Assembly: GCA_964444095.1 (NCBI GenBank)
Contig: CAYUEW010000010.1
Location: 1 to 22,250, forward strand
Source: Candidatus Woesearchaeota archaeon
GTDB lineage: Archaea > Nanobdellota > Nanobdellia > Pacearchaeales > GW2011-AR1
Direction: 5' to 3'
DNA length: 22,250 nt
A program made the position numbers and the translations under genes. This document shows, one piece after another, positions 7,176 through 11,828 of the stretch. The first letter of the stretch is position 1; each line of letters opens with the position of its first letter. The notes under the pieces were generated by a model. It did not search any database and was not told where the DNA came from. It saw only the letters and a list, made by a program, of their open reading frames with translations.

Positions 7176-7858
7176 AAAAAATCGAGAAAGCACTGATATT
7201 TGACGCAAGTTCGATAATTACTCTTGTTATGAATGGACTCTTGCCTGAGTTGGAAAAACTTAAAGAAAAGTTTAATGGGAAATTTTTGATACCTGCAGAT
7301 GTGCAAAGAGAAATTATTGATAAGCCGATGAAGATTAAGAGATTTGCTTTTGAAGCATTGAAAGTTAAGGAATTGTTTAATGCTAAAGTTTTGGAAACTC
7401 CTGCTTCTGTTGGCGTGGATGATAATTTAATTTCTAAAAAAGCAAAAGAATTCAAAGATGTAGCAAATAATCTTTTTGAAGCTAGGGGAAAACCATTACA
7501 CATTATTGATTTGGGAGAGGCTTCTTGCTTGGCATTGAGTCGGATTTTGGATGAAAAAGGCATAAAGAATATAGTGGTGGTTGATGAAAGAACAACTCGG
7601 ATGTTAGGAGAAAAACCAGAGAATCTAGAGAGTTTACTACGAAAAAAACTTCATACCAAAGTAACCTTAAAAGAGAAAGATTTCAAGTTTTTCGCGGGAT
7701 TTAAATTCATACGTTCAGCAGAGTTAATTTATGTTGCTTACAAGAAAGGTTTGACTAGATTTAAGAATGGAATTTTAGAAGCTTTGCTTTGGGCAATTAA
7801 ATCAAAAGGTTGTGCAATTTCTGGGGATGAGATTAAAGAAATGGTTAGGATTGGATAG
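7172..7858 (+). CDS. PIN-like domain protein (DUF3368/COG2405-like), enlarged; putative toxin-like partner
   Basis: LIFDASSIITLV...FLIPADVQREI at the N-terminus, then DLGEASCLALSR...VVVDERTTRML. This matches the vvDaSplIxL...iPxxVxxEi...GEaeaixLA...iDDrxaR pattern of this PIN-like family, recalled from memory. It is about 70 aa longer than typical members and is translationally coupled to the upstream gene. Confidence 0.5.
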   Translation: MKKIEKALIFDASSIITLVMNGLLPELEKLKEKFNGKFLIPADVQREIIDKPMKIKRFAFEALKVKELFNAKVLETPASVGVDDNLISKKAKEFKDVANNLFEARGKPLHIIDLGEASCLALSRILDEKGIKNIVVVDERTTRMLGEKPENLESLLRKKLHTKVTLKEKDFKFFAGFKFIRSAELIYVAYKKGLTRFKNGILEALLWAIKSKGCAISGDEIKEMVRIG

Positions 7859-7864
7859 TAAGAG

Positions 7865-7873
7865 TTAAAAATA
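7865..7873 (+). promoter_or_regulatory. TATA-box-like element for tRNA-Trp
   Basis: TTAAAAATA is centred about 25 nt upstream of the first tRNA nucleotide (7894), the spacing expected for archaeal TATA-to-TSS. Confidence 0.4.
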
Positions 7874-7893
7874 AGTTATTTCTTGTAGAATTA

Positions 7894-7964
7894 GGGTGCG
7901 TAGTTTAGTGGTAAAATAGGCGGCTCCAGCCCGCCAGCTGGGGGTTCGATTCCCTCCGCGCCCA
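7894..7964 (+). tRNA. tRNA-Trp: tRNA-Trp (anticodon CCA); no intron; CCA tail not encoded
   Basis: Folded by hand. Acceptor GGGTGCG/CGCGCCC (one G-U), discriminator A7964. D arm GTTT/AAAT with GG in the loop. Anticodon stem GGCGG/CCGCC with loop C-T-CCA-G-C (7924-7930). T arm GGGGG/CCCTC with loop TTCGATT. Confidence 0.9.
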
Positions 7965-8104
7965 TTTCTAAAATGTCATTTGATGGTTCACACTTAATTT
8001 GTAAAATCCACTTAGAGAGAACTATCTATTGTTGCATTGAAAAAAAGTGGATTTGTGTAAAATGTAGATTAGAAAAAATTTCACCTAATCCATCTACATA
8101 AAAC

Positions 8105-8111
8105 TTATAAA
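8105..8111 (+). promoter_or_regulatory. TATA-box-like element for the ArsR/Fe-S operon
   Basis: TTATAAA is centred 25 nt upstream of ATG 8133. This implies a leaderless or near-leaderless transcript. Confidence 0.4.
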
Positions 8112-8113
8112 GA

Positions 8114-8135
8114 CATATGAAGTACACTTCATATG
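8114..8135. promoter_or_regulatory. Perfect inverted repeat (10 bp arms, 2 bp spacer); candidate operator for the ArsR-family regulator
   Basis: CATATGAAGT-AC-ACTTCATATG was verified base by base. It lies between the TATA-like box and the start codon, and it covers the start codon (ATG 8133-8135). Confidence 0.55.
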
Positions 8136-8438
8136 AGCGATAATACATACCATCTCTTTTTCAGGAATCTTGCAAATCCCTTAAAGATAAAAATTATAAT
8201 TGCGCTAAGAGAAAAAGAAAATTCTGTTAGTGGTTTGTCTAGTGAATTAAAAATTGAACAAAGCAAACTTTCCCATGCTCTTACTTCTCTAAGGTGTTGT
8301 AATATTGTAAAAGTTAAACAAGAAGGTAAGCAAAGAATTTATTTTTTGAATAGAAATACGATTATCCCCATGTTAAAATTAATTGATGAACATGCCCAAA
8401 CATTTTGTGGTGGAAAATGTAAGGAGTGTGCCAAATGA
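8133..8438 (+). CDS. ArsR/SmtB-family winged-helix transcriptional regulator with a Cys-rich C-terminus
   Basis: FRNLANPLKIKIIIALREKENSVSGLSSELKIEQSKLSHALTSLRCCNIVKVKQEGKQRIYFLN is the ArsR HTH-plus-wing pattern. The C-terminal FCGGKCKECAK supplies extra Cys. Confidence 0.85.
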   Translation: MSDNTYHLFFRNLANPLKIKIIIALREKENSVSGLSSELKIEQSKLSHALTSLRCCNIVKVKQEGKQRIYFLNRNTIIPMLKLIDEHAQTFCGGKCKECAK

Positions 8439-9574
8439 AAAATATTTATTTAGATAACGCAGCGACGACAAAAGTCGATGGAGATGTTTTGAAAGCTATG
8501 CTTCCTTATCTCACAGAAAAATATGGAAATGCGTCTTCACAACATTCTGTTGGACAAGAAGCCAAGCAAGCATTAGAAAAAAGTCGGCGAGTAATTGCAA
8601 GAGCGATAAAAGCACGTTCTTATGAATTGGTTTTTACTTCTGGTGGGACAGAATCCAATAATCTTGCAATCAAAGGTTTGTTTTTTGCTAACTATCCAGA
8701 GAAAGATCATATTATTATTTCAAAGATTGAACATGATTGTGTTTTGAACGCGTGTAAGTGGCTTGAGACACAAGGGGCAAAAGTGACTTATTTAGATGTC
8801 GATGAAAAAGGATTTGTTAATCCGCAAGATATTGAAGAAGCTATAACTGAAAAGACTATTCTTGTTTCAATCATTCATGGAAATAACGAAATTGGTACTA
8901 TTCAAGATTTAGAAACAATCGGGGAGATTTGTAAAAGAAATGGGGTTCTGTTCCATACAGACGCTTGTCAGAGTTTCACCAAGGTTCCTTTAAATGTTAG
9001 AAAGCAAAAATTAGATTTAGTAACCTTAAATGCTCATAAGATTCATGGGCCTAAAGGGGTGGGTGTTTTATACATTCGAGATGGAATAAATATCACTCCC
9101 ATCGCTCACGGAGGAGGACATGAAAAGAATTTGAGAAGCGGGACAGAAAATGTTCCGGGAATTGTTGGATTTGCTAAAGCTGTTGAAGTTGCGAAAGTAA
9201 GAGATGTTAGACAAATGGAAGAATTAAGAGATAAATTAATTGATGGACTTTTGAAAATTTCAGGGGTGAAATTAAACGGTCCAAGAGAAAGGTTGTGTAA
9301 TAATGTGAATATTTCATTTGGAAACATTGAAGGAGAATCTATTGGTGGTTATTTAGAAAACTTCGGAATCTGTACTTCAACTGGTTCGGCTTGTTCGTCG
9401 CACTCGTTGGAAACAAGCCACGTGTTAAAAGCAATCGGTTTAACTCCCCTTCAATCAAATAGCTCTTTACGAATAAGTTTGAGTAAATATAATACAGAAG
9501 AAGAAATAAATTATTTCCTAGAAACTATTTCTAAAATTGTAGAAAAGTTAAGGAGAATTAGTCCATTAAAATGA
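8435..9574 (+). CDS. iscS: Cysteine desulfurase (NifS/IscS-type, PLP-dependent class V aminotransferase)
   Basis: IYLDNAATT, FTSGGTESNN, the PLP-lysine context LNAHKIHGPKGVG, RSGTENV, and the catalytic Cys loop STGSACSS. I prefer ATG 8435 (ATGA overlap with the ArsR stop) over the GTG at 8426. Confidence 0.92.
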   Translation: MKNIYLDNAATTKVDGDVLKAMLPYLTEKYGNASSQHSVGQEAKQALEKSRRVIARAIKARSYELVFTSGGTESNNLAIKGLFFANYPEKDHIIISKIEHDCVLNACKWLETQGAKVTYLDVDEKGFVNPQDIEEAITEKTILVSIIHGNNEIGTIQDLETIGEICKRNGVLFHTDACQSFTKVPLNVRKQKLDLVTLNAHKIHGPKGVGVLYIRDGINITPIAHGGGHEKNLRSGTENVPGIVGFAKAVEVAKVRDVRQMEELRDKLIDGLLKISGVKLNGPRERLCNNVNISFGNIEGESIGGYLENFGICTSTGSACSSHSLETSHVLKAIGLTPLQSNSSLRISLSKYNTEEEINYFLETISKIVEKLRRISPLK

Positions 9575-9771
9575 AAATAACAAAAAAGACAAAGATGAGT
9601 GATTTGATAGAGAAGTACCCTAAATCAGCAGAGATTTTGTTTAAGGCTGGGCTTTCCTGCGTGGGTTGTCCGATGGTAATGCAAGAAACAATTGAAGATG
9701 GTTGTCTTGGGCACGGTTTTACTGAAAAAGACATTGAAAAACTCATTAAAAAATTGAACGAGAAAAAATGA
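9571..9771 (+). CDS. DUF1858-type small redox-disulfide protein (hybrid-cluster-protein-associated/ScdA_N-like domain)
   Basis: 66 aa. MSDLIEKYPKSAEILFKAGLSCVGCPMVMQETIEDGCLGHGF fits the DUF1858 pattern with its CxxC, as I recall it. It has ATGA overlaps with both neighbours. Confidence 0.7.
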   Translation: MKITKKTKMSDLIEKYPKSAEILFKAGLSCVGCPMVMQETIEDGCLGHGFTEKDIEKLIKKLNEKK

Positions 9772-10160
9772 AATATTCAAAAAAAGTTCTGCAAAATTTT
9801 TTGCACCCAAAAAACATGGGAGAAATCAAAAACTCAGACGGGATTGGAAAAATTGGAAATCCGACTTGTGGAGATATAATGTGGGTTTATATTAAAGTTG
9901 GAGAAAAAAACGGGAAAGAATTCATCAAGGACGTTAAATTCAAAACGTTTGGTTGCACTGCAGCAATCGCTACTTCTTCTATGGTAACTCAACTTGCTAA
10001 AGGCAAGGAATTAGAAGACGCTAAAAAAATTACTCGTGATGATGTTGCAAAGTCCCTTAAGGGATTACCTCCAATAAAAATGCATTGTTCTAATCTCGCA
10101 AGTGATGCTCTGAAAAAAGCGATTGAAGATTATAAAAAGAAAAAGCAAAAAGAAAAATGA
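9768..10160 (+). CDS. iscU: Fe-S cluster assembly scaffold IscU/NifU N-terminal type
   Basis: The three cluster-ligand Cys are in canonical contexts: GNPTCGD, FKTFGCTAAIATSS, MHCSNLASDALKKA. It has a Lys-rich tail. Confidence 0.9.
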   Translation: MKYSKKVLQNFLHPKNMGEIKNSDGIGKIGNPTCGDIMWVYIKVGEKNGKEFIKDVKFKTFGCTAAIATSSMVTQLAKGKELEDAKKITRDDVAKSLKGLPPIKMHCSNLASDALKKAIEDYKKKKQKEK

Positions 10161-10957
10161 ATGTTGAACAAAAGTTCAAACAAACCTTGAAAGAAATTAA
10201 ATTAAGTAAAAAAGACAAAATTTTAGTCGCGCTTTCTGGAGGCAAGGATTCTGCGGTAACTGCTTATCTCTTGAAAAAGTTGGGATATAATATTAAAGGA
10301 ATCCATGTAAACCTAAGTGTAGGAGAGTATAGTGAGAAATGTTTGAAGGGGGTAAAAGAATTATGTGAAAGCTTAGGAATAAAACTTTATGTTTACGATC
10401 TTAAAAAAGAACAGAAAAAAGGAATGAAATATTTTTGGAAGAAAAATAAAAATTTGAATCACTGTGCAGTTTGTGGAGTTTTCAAAAAATGGATTTTAAA
10501 TCGCGAAGCGAGAAAATTGAAAGTTGATAAAATAGCTACAGGGCACAACTTAGACGACGAAGTTGAAACATTTCTTTTGAATGTTCTCAAGGGAAGTTTA
10601 CAATTAAGTTCTAACTCGGGAATCATTACTAAAAATCAAATAGATGCAAAATTTATCCCAAGAATTAAACCACTTTTCTATCTTCAAAATAATGAAGTAA
10701 AAGAATTTGCAGAGAAAAACAACGTGCCTTTCATAAAAGGAATCTGTCCTTATCGTGAAGATTCTTATAGAATACAAGTTCGTAAATTTGTAGAGACATT
10801 ATCTAATAAAGATAAGACAAACATTATGAAAAATTTTGAGGTTGTTTCTAAGAGATTAGAAAAACAAAAAGAGAATAAGATAAATTATTGTGAAATTTGT
10901 GGGGAGCCATCAAGAGGGCGAATTTGTAAAATGTGCCAATTAATGAAATTAAAATAA
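10157..10957 (+). CDS. PP-loop ATPase of the TtuA/NcsA/TtcA tRNA 2-thiolation family
   Basis: PP-loop LVALSGGKDSAV. Family motif ATGHNLDDEVETFLLNVLKG. Candidate Fe-S ligand Cys are CAVCG and GICPYR. The C-terminal zinc finger is CEICGEPSRGRICKMC. No N-terminal zinc finger. Confidence 0.78.
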   Translation: MNVEQKFKQTLKEIKLSKKDKILVALSGGKDSAVTAYLLKKLGYNIKGIHVNLSVGEYSEKCLKGVKELCESLGIKLYVYDLKKEQKKGMKYFWKKNKNLNHCAVCGVFKKWILNREARKLKVDKIATGHNLDDEVETFLLNVLKGSLQLSSNSGIITKNQIDAKFIPRIKPLFYLQNNEVKEFAEKNNVPFIKGICPYREDSYRIQVRKFVETLSNKDKTNIMKNFEVVSKRLEKQKENKINYCEICGEPSRGRICKMCQLMKLK

Positions 10958-10959
10958 AA

Positions 10960-11226
10960 TTATTTCTTTCTTTTTTTCTTAACAGATTTTTTCTTTCTTG
11001 AAACTTTCTTCTTTGGTTTCATTTCTGAAAAAAAGAAATAATAAAGAATTGGTAAAATTCCAACTGTATTTAATAACGCAAGAACAACAAACCATCCAAC
11101 TTGTTTCTTTCGTGCTGATTTCCATAATCCCAAAAGTTTCCAAACTAAAGACCAAATAACAATCATAACAAATAACCAAAGGGTCATTCCTAATTCATTA
11201 GCTAATTGTGAATAATAGTTTTGCAT
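10960..11226 (-). CDS. Small two-TM membrane protein with a poly-Lys tail (resembles the DUF5652-type proteins of small-genome archaea and CPR)
   Basis: LWLFVMIVIWSLVWKLLGLWKSARKKQVGWFVVLALLNTVGILPILYYFFF followed by KKKVSRKKKSVKKKRKK. The family assignment is from memory of the WK..ALWKAAR..WF....NT.GIL pattern. Confidence 0.55.
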   Translation of the reverse strand: MQNYYSQLANELGMTLWLFVMIVIWSLVWKLLGLWKSARKKQVGWFVVLALLNTVGILPILYYFFFSEMKPKKKVSRKKKSVKKKRKK

Positions 11227-11363
11227 AAGTTACCAAGTCTCCAGCGATTTAAAAAGATTTTGTTTTTTAGTGTTATCCTCATCAAGTACTGATAAATGTT
11301 TAAATAGTATTTCTTTCTCCATATTCCATCGTATTCCATATATAGTATATTGGAGTGCTGGAG

Positions 11364-11381
11364 CATACAAGATATTGTATG
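11364..11381. promoter_or_regulatory. NrdR-box-like palindrome upstream of nrdR-nrdJ
   Basis: CATACAAGATATTGTATG pairs at 8 of 9 positions. The inner 16-mer ATACAAGATATTGTAT matches the remembered NrdR-box consensus acaCwAtATaTwGtgt at about 13 of 16 positions. It lies 10 nt upstream of ATG 11391, downstream of the TATA-like ATATATAG (11338-11345). Confidence 0.55.
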
Positions 11382-11390
11382 TAATATAAG

Positions 11391-11828
11391 ATGGAATGTC
11401 CATACTGCATGAATAAAACTTCGCGAGTAACCGATAAAAGGGAATCTCCTTCTGGAATCAGAAGAAGAAGAGAATGTCTCAAGTGTAAAAAAAGATTTAC
11501 CACATATGAAAGAGTGGACAAAGGGGACATGTATATCCTAAAAAAAGATGGACGAAGAGAGCTATTTAATCGAAGAAAATTAGAAGAAGGGGTTAATCGA
11601 GCTTTTGAAAAACGAGCTATTTCACAAGAAAAAATAAACAAATTGGTTGAAGAGATTGAAGAGCAATTAAGAAGAAAGGGAGTTAAGGAAATAAAAAGTG
11701 AATATGTTGGGGGATTAGTAATGAAAAAGATAAAAAAATTAGATAATGTGGCTTACATCAGGTTTGCATCTGTGTATCGAGATTTTCAAGATGCTAAAGA
11801 TTTTAAAAAAGAGTTAAAGGAATTGTAA
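11391..11828 (+). CDS. nrdR: Transcriptional repressor NrdR (zinc ribbon plus ATP-cone)
   Basis: MECPYCMNKTSRVTDKRESPSGIRRRRECLKCKKRFTTYERV is the diagnostic NrdR zinc-ribbon N-terminus. The remaining ~95 aa look ATP-cone-like (...NVAYIRFASVYRDF). Confidence 0.9.
   Translation: MECPYCMNKTSRVTDKRESPSGIRRRRECLKCKKRFTTYERVDKGDMYILKKDGRRELFNRRKLEEGVNRAFEKRAISQEKINKLVEEIEEQLRRKGVKEIKSEYVGGLVMKKIKKLDNVAYIRFASVYRDFQDAKDFKKELKEL

Noticed and set aside
7013-7563. Two antisense ORFs (97 and 131 aa) across the UPF0175-like/PIN-like pair
   Set aside because: They lie opposite two translationally coupled genes with recognisable motifs. Their products are Ser/Phe/Leu-rich, as expected for antisense of K/E-rich genes.
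8426-8434. GTG start for the cysteine desulfurase
   Set aside because: ATG 8435 gives the canonical MKNIYLDNAATT N-terminus. It also gives the ATGA stop/start overlap that recurs at every junction in this operon.
9106-9810. Three short antisense ORFs (73, 62 and 61 aa) over nifS, DUF1858 and iscU
   Set aside because: All are antisense to motif-bearing genes and have no features of their own.
10979-11179. 66-aa alternative-frame ORF within the small membrane protein gene
   Set aside because: It is on the same strand in a different frame. The 88-aa frame gives two clean TM helices and a family-like motif, and this one does not.
11336-11353. Second NrdR box candidate CCATATATAGTATATTGG
   Set aside because: Its symmetry is poor when checked pair by pair, and it is only about 28 nt (centre to centre) from the good box. 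It is better explained as the TATA box / AT-rich promoter core.
11300-11641. 113-aa antisense ORF across the nrdR promoter and 5' half of nrdR
   Set aside because: nrdR is unambiguous on the plus strand. The antisense product is Ser/Leu/Phe-rich with no motif.
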